DNA of 64,000 nt from contig NC_043000.1 of NCBI RefSeq assembly GCF_006345805.1, forward strand, positions 93,496,001 through 93,560,000. The letters are read 5' to 3'. The position numbers and the translations under genes are program-made. The notes below the pieces were generated by a model that had not been told where the DNA came from, ran no database searches, and saw nothing but the letters and a program-made list of their open reading frames with translations. The DNA is from Octopus sinensis. Its lineage: Eukaryota. This document shows positions 1-12,899 of the stretch, piece by piece (position 1 is the stretch's first letter; each line of letters starts with the position of its first letter).

Positions 1-176
1 AACAACAACCAGATGAACAACAATAAAAAGCAACCAGAATAAACAACAACACTAACATAAGAACGATCTCAGAAATGGTTTCTTTTGAATGGAGAATCTG
101 GTCGTAGATTAATGTATGTTTTACACATACAAGCATTGCTCTCAAATGTGTTTATTCCAACACTCTAGCAGAGTTA

Positions 177-723
177 ATGGTAGTGGTGGCGGCGGTGGTG
201 GTGATGGTGGTGGTGGTGGTGGTGGTGACTGAGTTGGTTGTAGAGGAGGTGGTTACAGTGGTGGTGGTTGTGGTGGTAGTTGTGGTGGTGGTTGTGGTTG
301 TGATGGTTGTGGTTTTAGTGGTGGTGGTGGTGGTGGTTGTGATGGTTGTAGAGGAGGTGGTTGTAGTTGTGGTGGTGTTGGTGGTTGTAGTGGTGGTTGT
401 GGTGGTGGTTGTGATGGTGACGGTGGTGCCGATTGTGGTAGTGGTGGTGATTGTGGTGGTGGTAGTGGTGGTGGTGGTGGTGTAAGGGCTGGTGGTGGTG
501 AGATGGATGTAGAGGAGGTGGTTACAGTGGTTATAGTTGTGGTGGTGGTTGTGATGGTGGTGTGGTGGTGATGGTAGTGCCAGTTGTGGTAGTAGTTGTG
601 ATGGTTGTGGTGGTAGTTGTAGTGGTGGTGTTGGTGATTGTTTTGGTGATGGTGGTGGTGTTGGTGGTGGTGTTGGTGGTGGTTGTGTTTTTGATGGTTG
701 TTGTGGTAGTGGTGGTCTTATTG

Positions 724-761
<38 letters not shown>

Positions 762-815
762 GGTAGTGATGGTGGTGGTGGTAGTGGTGGTGGTGGTGTT
801 AGGTGTTGCTGGATG
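177..815. repeat. Degenerate (GTG/GTT/GTA)n triplet repeat
   Basis: Continuous GTG-rich triplets; the poly-Val ORFs are artefacts. Confidence 0.95.
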
Positions 816-998
816 ACTTGATAGCTGGATGAAACAATGGATCAGAGAGGAGGTGTCAGCTAGTAGATGGTGATGGTGGGTGTGATAATAAAATTGCAGG
901 TGTTACTGGAATGAGGGTGTCGGTGGTGGTTGTGGTAGTAGGGCTGGGGTGGTGTTTGTGGTAAGGATGGTGGGCACAGTAGGGTTGATGATGCAGAA

Positions 999-1136
999 AT
1001 AGAAGTTTAGGTAGAGGGGTGGTGCTTACATACATGCATACAAACATACATATATGTATATATATATATATATATATACATATATGTATGTTTGTATGCA
1101 TGTATGTGAGCACCACCCCTCTGCCTAAACTTCTAT
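999..1136. repeat. (TA)n-centred inverted duplication (~58-bp arms)
   Basis: ATAGAAGTTTAGGTAGAGGGGTGGTGCTTACATACATGC... is mirrored by ...GCATGTATGTGAGCACCACCCCTCTGCCTAAACTTCTAT with 2 mismatches. Confidence 0.9.
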
Positions 1137-1137
1137 G

Positions 1138-1181
<44 letters not shown>

Positions 1182-1295
1182 TACACATACATATACATAC
1201 ATACATACATACATACATACATACATACATAATACATATATATATATATTTATAAATATATATATATGTATATATCATATATGTATATATCTATA

Positions 1296-1346
<51 letters not shown>

Positions 1347-1384
1347 ATATATATTATATATATATATATATATATAATATATAT

Positions 1385-1572
1385 ACACCTCCCTGTCACT
1401 ATATGTGTAACTGCCTGAAATGGTCATGACTTTTGGAACTTGACTGAGGAAGAAAGCCACAAATGACCCGTATTTTTGGGCCTGTCCATCTAATTGTTGT
1501 TCTTCTTGTCTGCCTTTGTATTGTCTATATGTCTGAATGTTTTAACGTCCTCTATTGCATTTTTGTTCCATT
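1385..1572 (+). mobile_element. (TA)n-flanked short repeat, family B (probably Penelope-derived)
   Basis: Shares CTTGACTGAGGAAGAAAG..AATGACCCGT with inverted copies at ~6820, 50862, 59636 and 62668; abuts (TA)n. Confidence 0.55.
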
Positions 1573-2054
1573 GATATATATATATATATATATAGATATT
1601 ATATATATATAGATAATATATATATAGATATTATATATATATATATAGATATATATGCAGACATGGTCCCAGGTTCAGTCCTACCATGTGGAACCTTGGG
1701 CAAATGCCTTCTCCTATAGCCTTGAGCTGACCAAAGCATTGTGAGTGGATTTGGTGTGTGTAGATATACATGCATAACATACACACACACACACACACAC
1801 ACAAACAGATACGCATGTAATATTTTGTTGTGTCTAGAGAGAGTCATTATGCAAATATTATTAACACATACCCTGGTTCAATTCCACTCTGCTATTGTTA
1901 GTCAGTTGGGTAAATATCCAACTAGCTAATTGATTATTTGCTAAATTTGGTTAACCCTTTGATATTCTAACTGGCTATATCCAGCTCAAATGTTCTACTT
2001 GTTATATGTTTGAACTGGCCTGATCAGGCCTGGAATCTCAAGGCTACAATGTAA

Positions 2055-2401
2055 TCTCTCTATATATAATGCTGAAGTTGTCTGTGTTTGGCAGGTTTGG
2101 TAGCCTTCAACTAACACTATCACCTCCGAGACTCTGTGGCGTAAGTTGACCAAAATTGAATGTGTGATAGAAGAAATCGGACCATGTTAACACCAAAAAT
2201 TATTTACATCAAAAAGGTTCTTTTTTTTTATGAAAATCCCTATTTTTTAACTGCTGTGTCGCCATTTTTTGGTGTATTTCAACCAGAAAAAATTCACTTA
2301 AAGAGAATAACAAGCTACATAATGCAAAATTTTTAATTTTTAAAAAATTCCAATTCTAAAGGGTTGAAACAAACCCAAGCAATGCTGGGCAATACTGCTA
2401 G
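2055..2401 (+). mobile_element. Non-autonomous Helitron-like element
   Basis: 5' A|TCTCTCTATATATAAT; subterminal hairpin CCCAAGCAATGCTGGG; 3' CTAG|T end. Confidence 0.7.
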
Positions 2402-2751
2402 TGTATGATACATTCCAAGTAATATGAATAAATAAGCATTAAATTTGACAGAAATCTGAATGCTAAAGGATTAGACAGTAAGGCCTTTGTTTTGCTTTTG
2501 TTTCTTAAATTAAACAAACAATCAATTGGTTAGTTGGATATTTAACCAATTGACTAATAATAAACTAATGGAATTGAACCTGTGCTCGTGTTAATTATAT
2601 TGGCATAATGGCTCTCCCTAGACAAAACAAAAATTGTTTCAACACACGAATTCACATAATGAATCTTGCAAACCAGATGCAAAAACACTTGTAATACTTA
2701 ATACTTTAAACACTTATACATTAAAACATGCAAGTTCTGATATATTACAAA

Positions 2752-2905
2752 CAGGTATGGCTTTGTGGTAAGAAGTTTGCTTCCCAACCACATTGTTCCG
2801 GGTTCAGTCCCACTGCATGGCATGGGCAAGTGTCTTCTACTAAAGCCTTGGGCTGATCAAAGCCTTGTGAGTGGATTTGGTAGACAGAAACTGAGAGAAT
2901 CTCAT
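2752..2905 (+). mobile_element. SINE family 1, 5' half (its internal microsatellite hosts the mariner)
   Basis: TGTGGTAAGAAGTTTGCTTCCCAACCAC..GGTTCAGTCCCACTGC..GGGCAAGTGTCTTCTACT, matching many copies in the window. Confidence 0.85.
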
Positions 2906-2907
2906 TG

Positions 2908-2974
<67 letters not shown>

Positions 2975-2986
2975 TATATATATGTA

Positions 2987-4276
2987 CGAGGGGCGTTCAA
3001 TAAGTAATGCCCCTGACCCACTTCCCATAGCAGTAGAGCAACGAAACTTGGCACAGTTATTTGTCTTTTTCTACATAGGAACCACCCAGAGTTACGCATT
3101 TCTCCCATCGTTTGATGCAGCTCTGGAGACCGTTTTTGTAGAAGACCCCAGCTTGGTCCTCCAACCTGAACGTGACTTCAGAAATCAAGGCTGCATCATC
3201 TGGGAAACGCTTTCCTTTCAAAAACAACTTCAAGACTGGGAAGAGGGGTAATCAGAGGGTGCAAAGTCAGGAAAGTAGGGGGATGGGGGAGGAGTTCATA
3301 GCCATACGCCTGTGCTTCTGATCTGGCGACAAGCGAGTTATGGACAGGAGCGTTGTCCTGCAGGAGGAGGATGCCTTTGCTGATCTTGCCCCGCTCTTGA
3401 TTTTGATAACTTCTCTTAATTTCCTCAAAAGTGAAGCATAATAGGCTCCTGTAATTGTGGTACCTTTTGCCAAGAAATCTGTCATCACTACTCCGTCCTG
3501 GTCCCAGAAGACTGTGAGCATGACCTTGCCAGCGGAGGGCTGCACCCTTGCCTTCTTTGGAGGGGGTGAGTCACGGTGCTTCCACTGCATTGACTGGGCT
3601 TTGGTCTCTGGATCATAGTGATGGACCCAGGTTTCATCCTGTGTAATCAGTCTTTTGAAAAATTTTGACTCATCTTCTTGGCACATCTCCAAATTCATCC
3701 TCGAGCACTCGACGCGTTCTTGCTTCTGGAAAGACGTGAGCAACCTGGGAATCCATCTGGCAGACACCTTTTGCATATGCAAATGGTCATGAATGATAGT
3801 TTCCCCAGACCCGGTACTAATCTTGACCTCATGGGCTATTTGGCGAATAATTATGCGTCGATCTTCCAAAATGGCAGCCCCAACTTGACGGACAGATGCC
3901 TCATCAATGGCAGAAGCGGGGCGACCAGATCTGGGAGCTGATTCCACAGAGTTCCGACCATGTTTGAATTCACGATGCCAGCGTTTTACAAGGTCATATG
4001 ATGGGGCATCATCACCATAAGTTACTTTCATTTCATCAAAAGTCTCCCGTGGTGTGCGTCCTTTCAAATACAAAAACCGGATCACTGCTCGACACTCAAC
4101 AGGCTCCATTTCACACTTGACTCAGTTCAAATACCTGTAAATCAGAAACCACAATTAGTTCAGAGCTGTAATTTGTCACTTACTCTATAGAGATATAAAT
4201 GATTGCACATGCAAACTTTCAGCTAGATCAAACAAATGCAAGTGGGTCAGGGGCATTACTTATCGAACGTCCCTCG
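2987..4276 (-). mobile_element. Full-length mariner (Tc1/mariner DD34D) transposon, 1290 bp
   Basis: ~37-bp TIRs CGAGGGGCGTTCAATAAGTAATGCCCCTGACCCACTT (2 mismatches), TA duplication on both sides, transposase inside. Confidence 0.97.
3057..4109 (-). pseudogene. Mariner transposase with three apparent -1 frameshifts
   Basis: PRSGRP, WIPRLL and ITQDETWVHHYDPE in the main ORF; shifted frames give QDNAPVH, HPPYFPDFAPSDY and RWEKCVTLGGSYVEKDK*; shifts near 3394, 3280 and 3246. Confidence 0.93.
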
Positions 4277-4307
<31 letters not shown>

Positions 4308-4381
4308 TTATATATATATATATGCATATATACATATATATATGTACATACCTACATATGTATGTATATATACATCTATAT

Positions 4382-4720
4382 ATGGATACAGGACATCAAC
4401 AGAAAAAATGTGAACAAAATGAAGAATGAGAATATAAAAACAAAAACATGGAAAACAAGCTTTTGTTTTGAACAATGAAAGAAACAAAGAGAGAAACAAG
4501 ACAGACAACATAAAGAACATTCCCTTCATCAGTTGTTCCCTGTTTTAACTACTCCTGAGTTTGGACGTGACTTTGTTAAAACAGTCATTCCTGCAAAGCA
4601 AATTTTTAAAAATTTGGGATTTGCGGAAGGTCAAAAGCGGTGACAAAAACAGGACGTTTGAAACATGGAGTACATAAAACAGGGGACAGCTGATGAAGGG
4701 AATGTTCATAAACATTTGAA
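4382..4720. mobile_element. (TA)n-anchored element (family C) with ~190-bp imperfect fold-back 4515-4707
   Basis: Arms GAACATTCCCTTCATCAG.. / ..CTGATGAAGGGAATGTTC around the central palindrome AAATTTTTAAAAATTT. Confidence 0.7.
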
Positions 4721-4905
4721 TTAGGAATGTTTCTTACAAACTGTTAGCTTCACATTTCAACAGCTTAACTGAAATTTAGCCGATGTAACAGGAACTGAGA
4801 GGGATATCGTTGAACAGAAAATCTGACATTATTTTTGAATTCTGCATGCAAAAAGATATGATACAGGTATTCTTTTTCTTGGGACAAATTCTTTGTTGAC
4901 CAGTG

Positions 4906-4974
<69 letters not shown>

Positions 4975-5122
4975 CAATAATGGTTTCTCATTTTAGCACA
5001 AAGCCAGCATTTTTGAAGGAGGGTGTAAGTTGATTACACTGGCCTCAGTGTTCAATTTTTACTTATTTTATTGACTCTGAAAGGATAAAAGACAAAGTCA
5101 ACCTCGGCAGAATTTGAAATAC

Positions 5123-5181
<59 letters not shown>

Positions 5182-5724
5182 GAAGAAGTGAAATGCAACC
5201 AGTGCATGTGTTTCTTATGGCTAAATGACCCCCCACAAAATAAAATAACTAATTTTATTTAATAGAATATCTAATTTTTCATTAGATTTGGAAGCTAGCC
5301 AAATAAACGACTCTTATTTAAAATAATAGTGGTAAGGTAAAGCCTTTAAAACTAGCAGATTCTGTAAAGAATAACATCAGGAGATCTTGAGAGAGTTGGT
5401 GTTAAACGGAACCAAGATAGCATGTACTGCAATTTAGATAAAACAGCTACACATAGAATATTAAGCAAAAGGCTGTTGAATAAAATATAAACCAAAGTCT
5501 GAAGAACCAAATAACGGTCAGTCTCAAGAAGTATTTGCTAACAGAATAACCAACATTCACACACACACAAGCACACATATACACTTATATGCATACATGA
5601 GCACACATGCATACACACACATTGATGCATTAGTGATCATATTTATAAACACTCTAACACACACACACACATCTGTATTAGCATACACTCATAACACGTC
5701 AGCAGTATTGTTAACATGTAGAAG

Positions 5725-5769
5725 TGTCTATTGATCTATCTATCTGTCTGTCTGTCTATTATCTATCTT

Positions 5770-5851
<82 letters not shown>

Positions 5852-5868
5852 CATCCATCCATCCATCC

Positions 5869-5941
<73 letters not shown>

Positions 5942-5970
5942 CCTATCTATCTATCTATCTGTCTGTCTGC
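5725..5970. repeat. (CTAT)n/(CCAT)n tetranucleotide array
   Basis: Direct reading. Confidence 0.95.
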
Positions 5971-6093
5971 AGGTATAGTGATGCAAACAGGAAAATAGAA
6001 CTCAAAATATGAGTACATATATATGTTTATTAATATTTAGCCAAAGCAACAGAGTGATTCAAGGACCAAGATTAATATATATATATATATATA

Positions 6094-6444
6094 GGCGTAG
6101 GAATGGCTGTGTGGTAAGTAGTTTGCTTACCAACCACATGGTTCTGAATTCTGTTTTCCTTGTGAGTGAATTTGGTAGAGAGAAATTGAAAGAATCCCAT
6201 CGTATATATGTATATATATGTATGTGTGTGTGTGTGTGTCTGTGTGTCTGTGTTTGTCCCTCCAACATCGCTTGACAACCGATGCTGGTGTGTTTACGTC
6301 CCTGTAACTTAGCGGTTCATCAAAATTAGACCAATAGAATAAGTACTAGGCTTACAAAAAATAAAACCGGGGGTCGATTTGCTTAACTAAAACCTGTGCT
6401 CCAGCATGGCCACAGGCAAATGACTGAAACAAGTAAAAGAGTAA
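6094..6444 (+). mobile_element. SINE family 1, near full length
   Basis: tRNA-like head, internal (TA)/(TG) tract, tail ..GCTCCAGCATGGCC..AATGACTGAAACAAGTAAAAGAG; about 20 further copies or fragments (e.g. 7414-7620, 12340-12700, 21290-21620, 29870-30240, 31760-32170, 39460-40020, 56910-57260, 60910-61720). Confidence 0.9.
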
Positions 6445-6467
6445 ATATTTGTGTGTGTGTGTATGAA

Positions 6468-6760
6468 GGTGCATGGCTCAGTGGTTATGGTGTTGCACTC
6501 ATGATTGCGAGATCATGGGTTCGATTCCCATACAGGGCGTTTCATTGTGTCCTTGAACAAAGCACTTCATTTCACATTGCTCTGCAATCACTTTGTCATC
6601 TGACATGTGGTACATGGTGCATCTGCACAGATAATGTCGATTTGATGGAGAGAGTGAGCTTATGTGTACACAAACATTTGATCACTATAACCAAATAAGC
6701 TGTGAGGTTGTTCAGTGAGAAATTGTTGAACCCTCATATGTCATCTAACGATAGGAGAAC
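6468..6760 (+). mobile_element. tRNA-derived SINE (family 4-like)
   Basis: A box TGGCTCAGTGG, B box GGTTCGATTCCC, body TTGTGTCCTTGAACAAAGCACTT. Confidence 0.7.
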
Positions 6761-6770
6761 CCATCATCAT

Positions 6771-6802
<32 letters not shown>

Positions 6803-6819
6803 GTATGTATGTATACATA

Positions 6820-6998
6820 AATATGAAAATGGGGCAAAAACGGAATAGAAGGCATTAAAACATTTGGACAGATAGACGATACAAAACCGGACAAGAGAAA
6901 CAATAATTAGAAGGACAGGTAAAAAAATACGGGTCATTCGTGACTTTCTTTCCTTGGTCAAATTCCAGAAGTCATGACCATTTCAGGCAGTTACACTT
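6820..6998 (-). mobile_element. Family B short repeat copy
   Basis: GGGTCATTCGTGACTTTCTTTCCTTGGTCAA..CCAGAAGTCATGACCATTTCAGGCAGTTACAC is the reverse complement of the 1385 copy. Confidence 0.6.
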
Positions 6999-7313
6999 GA
7001 GATGGTTTGATCTGGTTGCCCTAAAAAAATCTAAGCTGAGAGCATTAGACCCCTGTGTAAGAAAGTTACCAAATGTGTACAGCAACAAAGACAAAAAAAT
7101 AAACAAACAAAAAGAAACAGAGAACATGGTACACAATTATGAATACAAACAAAATGAAATAACAACAGGTGTCTTTCGACTGAGAATGAATCAAATTGAG
7201 TTGGCATGTATGAAGTGAAAGCCTAAAGGCAGGAACATAGGAGATGGACACAAGAGGTGTTGGCAGTTGGCAGTCAGGCCAAGAAAGAAAGATCATAGCT
7301 GGTCGGACACCAG

Positions 7314-7413
7314 NNNNNNNNNNNNNNNNNNNNNNNNNNNNNNNNNNNNNNNNNNNNNNNNNNNNNNNNNNNNNNNNNNNNNNNNNNNNNNNNNNNNNNN
7401 NNNNNNNNNNNNN
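7314..7413. other. Assembly gap (100 N)
   Basis: N run. Confidence 1.
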
Positions 7414-7638
7414 GCTAGGGGGACAAACACAGACACAAACACATACACACATATATATATATACATATATATATACATACATATATATCCACTCACAAGG
7501 CATTGGTCGGCCCGGGGCTATAGCAGAAGACACTTGCCCAAGATGCCATGCAGTGGGATTGAACCCGGAACCATGTGGCTGGTTAGCAAGCTACTTACTA
7601 CATAGCCACTCCTGCGCCTATATGTATATATATATATG

Positions 7639-7694
<56 letters not shown>

Positions 7695-10181
7695 GTGTGT
7701 GTGTGTGTATTTGGTTTGTGTCTATGTTTTCGTTTCACATTGTGTTCGACGTCCTTTTGGTGTCCTGTACTCATATATGCGTGTATATGTACATGTAGAG
7801 GTAGGTACGTACATATATGTTATATAATGTATATGTTTTATTTTATTTATTAATATATATATATATATATATATATATACGAAGGGCTTCTTGCAGTTTC
7901 CGTTTACCAAATCCACACACAAAGGCTATATTAGAAGACACTTGCTCAAAGTACCATGCAAAGGGACTGAACTCAGAACCACGTTGTAAGGAAGCAAGCT
8001 TCTTTCCACCCAGCCACGCCTGCACCTATATCTGTACATAGACATACATACTTAAACACATGGATATATACATTCATACATACATATGCATACATGTTTA
8101 CACACACATACACATTTGGAGACTAAGGACTGTGTTTATGGTACAATTTTCCATCTTTAACTCATCTGGGATACGTAACGGACATGTTTTAGTCTTATTG
8201 CACATTCGTATGCAACAGATATTCTACAGAATTGGTAGGACTTAGAAATGATCAGAATATATACAAATCTAAGGCATTTGTTGTGGTACTGCTAATGAAT
8301 GAATACCAGTAATACATGTGGAATAGAGGTCCTCAGCTGTGCATTCTGTGTTTCAAAAGCCAATAACACTGTAGTGTATCATATATTCGATTAACTAAGA
8401 TTATCTTTTACAACTGATTAACAAAATCTCCCGATAGGAAATTCCAAATTTTTCTAACGAAACTTTTTCATAATTATGTCTGCATTTGGAAACAAACATT
8501 ATTTCTTTCATTAGATGACACTTAAGAAAGGACATGTTCTGCTAAGTTCTGTTACCAATACGTGAGCCTGAGTACCTTCAATAATCCAAGAACAAATGAA
8601 TGGTACATTTGACAACGTATCAGCAATGGTAATCATAGATGTCACCATACAGCAAAACAAATCTTCGCTTCTCTTTATTTAACCTTACAAGAAAAACATT
8701 TGCAAAAGGCATAAACTGAAGAAGCGATTCCTTTATGGAATCAATAATAATCTATCGTTCCTTATCATGTATAATTCTAGAAATAGCTGAAATGTATAAT
8801 TAATAAATAAAAATTCCTCTATTTAGAGGCAACAATTCCTTTATTCTTTCATGTAATTATCGTTTTTTGATAAGAACTATTTAAAGAAATTTAATAAAAA
8901 TACTTAACGAACTTAATAAAGAACAATAAAAAATTAACCATATTATATTGGTATAATCGGAATATGTAACGTGAAATATGTGTGAATACTATTTATTGTA
9001 GCGGTATTTCCTCTGTATTTACGTTCTGAGTTCGAATTCCGCCGAGGTCGACTTTGCCTTTCATCCTTTCGGAGTCGATAAATTAAGTACCAGTTGCGTA
9101 CTGAGGTAGATCTAATCAACTTGCCCCCTCCCCCCAAATTTCGGGCCTTGTGCCTAGAGTAGAAAAGAATAGCTCCTCCAGATTCGGTTTTAAACGCCCT
9201 TAATGCTCAAAATCGTTTCAGAAGTTTATTGATCCCTTGGCTAGCTACTTAGACGTCTCACCAAGGGGCCATTATTGATCACTTTGGCGACTCTTGGCGT
9301 AGGATATAGAGAGGAGAGAGTAAAGGAAATGCAAAGTGCGTAACGAGATAAAGATGATGATTATGATGATGATGAAAAAGGAGGAAGTGGATCAAGGAAA
9401 TGTAGAAGACAAATAAAAAGAAAAAAGAAGAGGAGGAAGAAGAAAAAGTAGGGAGTTTGAACACTAAGATGGAGGTAGACAAAAAAAAACGAAGAAAAGA
9501 AGGGAAGGAAAGATTAAAGACTAATATGGCCGAAAGAGACAGGATTAGATACAAAAATGATAAAAAAAAAAGTAAAAGATGAAAGGATTATCTTGCTTTC
9601 AAAAAATAAAGCAAAAGAAAAAAAAAGTAGTTCAAACGACGAACTGTTACCAGACAATTTTCAAGAAAGAAATAAAGAAAGACACCAATAAAATAATAAG
9701 GAAAAGTCACACCAAAAACTATAAGGGATAAAAATAAAACCTACAAAAGTACACGAAATATAGAGGGACAAAAAGACAAAAACAAAAAAAGAAGAAACGA
9801 AGATTTAAAGGCGAAAATTATTTACAAAAGGAGGGGAAAAAACTATAAAGAAAATGACAAAAGGAAGAAAAAAAAAGATACGAAAAGATGAAAAGAAATG
9901 GGCGAACAATTGAAAAGAAAACATTACAGACTTCAATCCTTTAAGTTAGAATAAATCTGAAGAAAATTTAAGATGTTTTTCGCTAGTTCCAATGAAATGG
10001 TTTTCATATTAAAAAGATGTCTTTTGTAAGTAAATTAACACTTGTACAATCACATGGTTGTTCAACCTGCTAAAAAACAGCATCCAAATGTCCATTAAAA
10101 TCAGGCGGTGCCGGTTTTATATAGAACGTTACACCGCTATATTTAGTGACTATTTAAGCAATGAGTTCGTAGATGACTAAA

Positions 10182-10245
10182 GGGTTGGATGGGCGCTGAT
10201 GAGGGAGCAAAAACTCCTGAAATATGTCGTATACGATCATTACCC
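10182..10245 (+). ncRNA. Type I hammerhead ribozyme motif, intact core
   Basis: CUGAUGA (10196-10202); stem II GGGAG/CUCCU; GAAA (10219-22); stem III AUAU/GUAU; AUA^ (10231-33); interrupted stem I GGGUUGGAUGGGCG / CGAUCAUUACCC. Confidence 0.75.
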
Positions 10246-11499
10246 AGTTTTTATCTTCGATCGCATTGTTTGCTTACACCTGGCATCTAGGATACGAAAC
10301 GTCGTAACAAAATCAGTGCTGGCAAAAATTTCAATGGAGAATTTGTGGAGATAACCTTTACAAGTAATGTAAGAGCACTGCTAACACCGTAGAACACGGT
10401 ACTGACTTACAGAAGCCTTTAAGCCATTAACTGCCAAATTTTTTTTAGTCATATTTTTTGGTTTTGCCAGGTGTCTTAAGATCTAAAATAAGATATTGTA
10501 TTTACATTTTCTTTATATGTGAATTATTTTGGGAATTATGACAAAGTTCTCGAAAAGTCCCGAATGGGGATCGCTGAAAAACAAAACCATATTAACCCTT
10601 TTCTATTCAATTGCAATAATAAACATTTTAGTTTTTTTTTTAAACTATAGTACCAAATGCGAATGTGTATGAAATATCAATGAATGATATAGATGGGAAA
10701 TATTTAAAAAAAAACAAACAAATACCTATTCTGTCGGTATCTTTTGCCGATCCGCTAGTTATGGGGGACACAACCAAATCAACACCGCTTATCAAGCATT
10801 CGAGGCAAGTGAAGAAAACACTCACACACACAAGATTTACTTGCCTCCACTCAAACCCATTTCTGAGTTTTTAAGGATATAAAAAAAATGCATTATTTAA
10901 TGTCCTTCCATTTTTTTAAGACGTCGGATTATAAATTCTATAAAGCTTCGGCTGCTATTTCTCTCAGGTCGAGAGCAACTACGTCAAGTCTTCCGAAGTG
11001 TATGTCTGTGTGTATATGTGTGCGGTTGGTTTAGTCAAACAGCTAGTTTATAAACAGACGTTCAAAGTTTTGATGACTTTTATCCAACACAACTACTACT
11101 GCTGCTGCTTTCACATCCACCACCACTACCACCGCTACCACCACCACCACCACTATCACTGCAACTTCATACCATTACGAAAGAGAGAGGTGCAACCGTT
11201 GCAAGCTGTTGTAAGAACGCATGGAATTAGTAAGACAACTACAGTTTCATAATCTGCTTTGTTGCACAATTTGCAACGTCAAGGAAAGGTTACATACAAA
11301 CATCTGCACACACACACACAAACACACACACACTCTGAAACGTATATATACATACACACACACATCTATAGTTATATGTCCATATAACTATGTACGCATA
11401 TATATTTACATACATGCATCCATACATATATATATACACACACACATACATATACATACGTATATACACACACATATATGCATACATACATTCACATAC

Positions 11500-11536
<37 letters not shown>

Positions 11537-12718
11537 TATACACACTCACACACACACATACATATATACATATGTATACACAGAGGCACACACACAGAGG
11601 CGCATACAATTAATGGTGTGACAGAAGGAGACAGAAAGATATATAAAGATATATATATAGAGAGAGAGAGGGGGGAGATAGAGAGAGAGAGAGACAGACA
11701 GATAGACAGAGAAAGAGAGAGAGACAGAGAGAGAGAGGACAAATTCTTGGTAGAAGACACGAAAATAGTGTGTTGGCAAAAGGAACGAATCTTAATAATT
11801 AAAATTGTCAAAGCAAAGTTTACGATTTCCTCACTGTTTAAACATTAGCTTTTGGAATGTAACAACAATCAGTTACCCTTCTTCCTACGCCATTTCTGTT
11901 TCTTCATCCATTTAACTAGCTACATACATACACATCGTAGGCACTTGGCTTAATGGTTAGGGTATTGCTCTTACAACCGCGAGACCGTGGTTTCGATCCC
12001 ACCGGTCTGTGTAGTGCATTGTGTTCTTGAGCAAAACACAGAAACAAATACACAAACACATACACGGATATGATATATTCGACGGGATTTCACACAGATT
12101 CCGCCTACCAAATTCACTCACAAAGCATTTGCTGGACCGATGGTATAGTAGAACCACGTGGTTACCAGCCGAGCTTCTTAATCACAGATATTTCTAATAC
12201 ATTTTAAACTCATACGCGGGTCTCATTCGTCTTTGACCGCTCTTTACATTGCTCATAATCTCTCGCGATCCCACCACCGTTTTCATCTCCCCCACTTTTT
12301 TCCTTTCTTTTTCCCGTTTCCCGCTATTTTATATATCTTTTATCTTTTGCGTGTTTCAGTCATTAGACTGCGGTTATGCTAGAGCACCGCCCTGAAGAAT
12401 CGATCCCAGTACTTAATTTTTAAAGCCTGATACGGGAACATAACAAACCAACAACGGTTGTCATGCGATGGTAGAGGTGGTGGTGGTGGTTGTGGTGGGG
12501 CAAGGACAACACAAACACAAAGACACACACGCATACATACGATGGGTTTCTTTAAGTTTCTGTCAACCAAATTTACTCACAAGTCTTTGATCGCCAGTGA
12601 CTGTAGATGACACTGGCCCAAGATGCCACGCAGTGAGATTGAACCCAACTCCTTACAGTTGGGATGCAAGTTTCTTAACCTCATAGCTACACCTGCATCT
12701 TTAAGACGCACGCACACA

Positions 12719-12766
<48 letters not shown>

Positions 12767-12899
12767 CTGCAAAATCGTCAAATTATTGTCTGGAAGTGTC
12801 GACCCCTAATATAATAGTTAATAACAAAGTACAGTATATGTTTTATGCTACCCAGTATTGTTCAGTGAACAGGAATAAGCACTTAAAGGAATATATAAT

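Noticed and set aside
4790-4870. Possible exon ELRGISLNRKSDIIFEFCMQKDMIQ ending CAG|GTATTC
   Set aside because: Weak acceptor and no recognisable homology.
10270-10310. GAAACGTCGTAAC as a second HHR near 10182
   Set aside because: The upstream core does not match CUGANGA.
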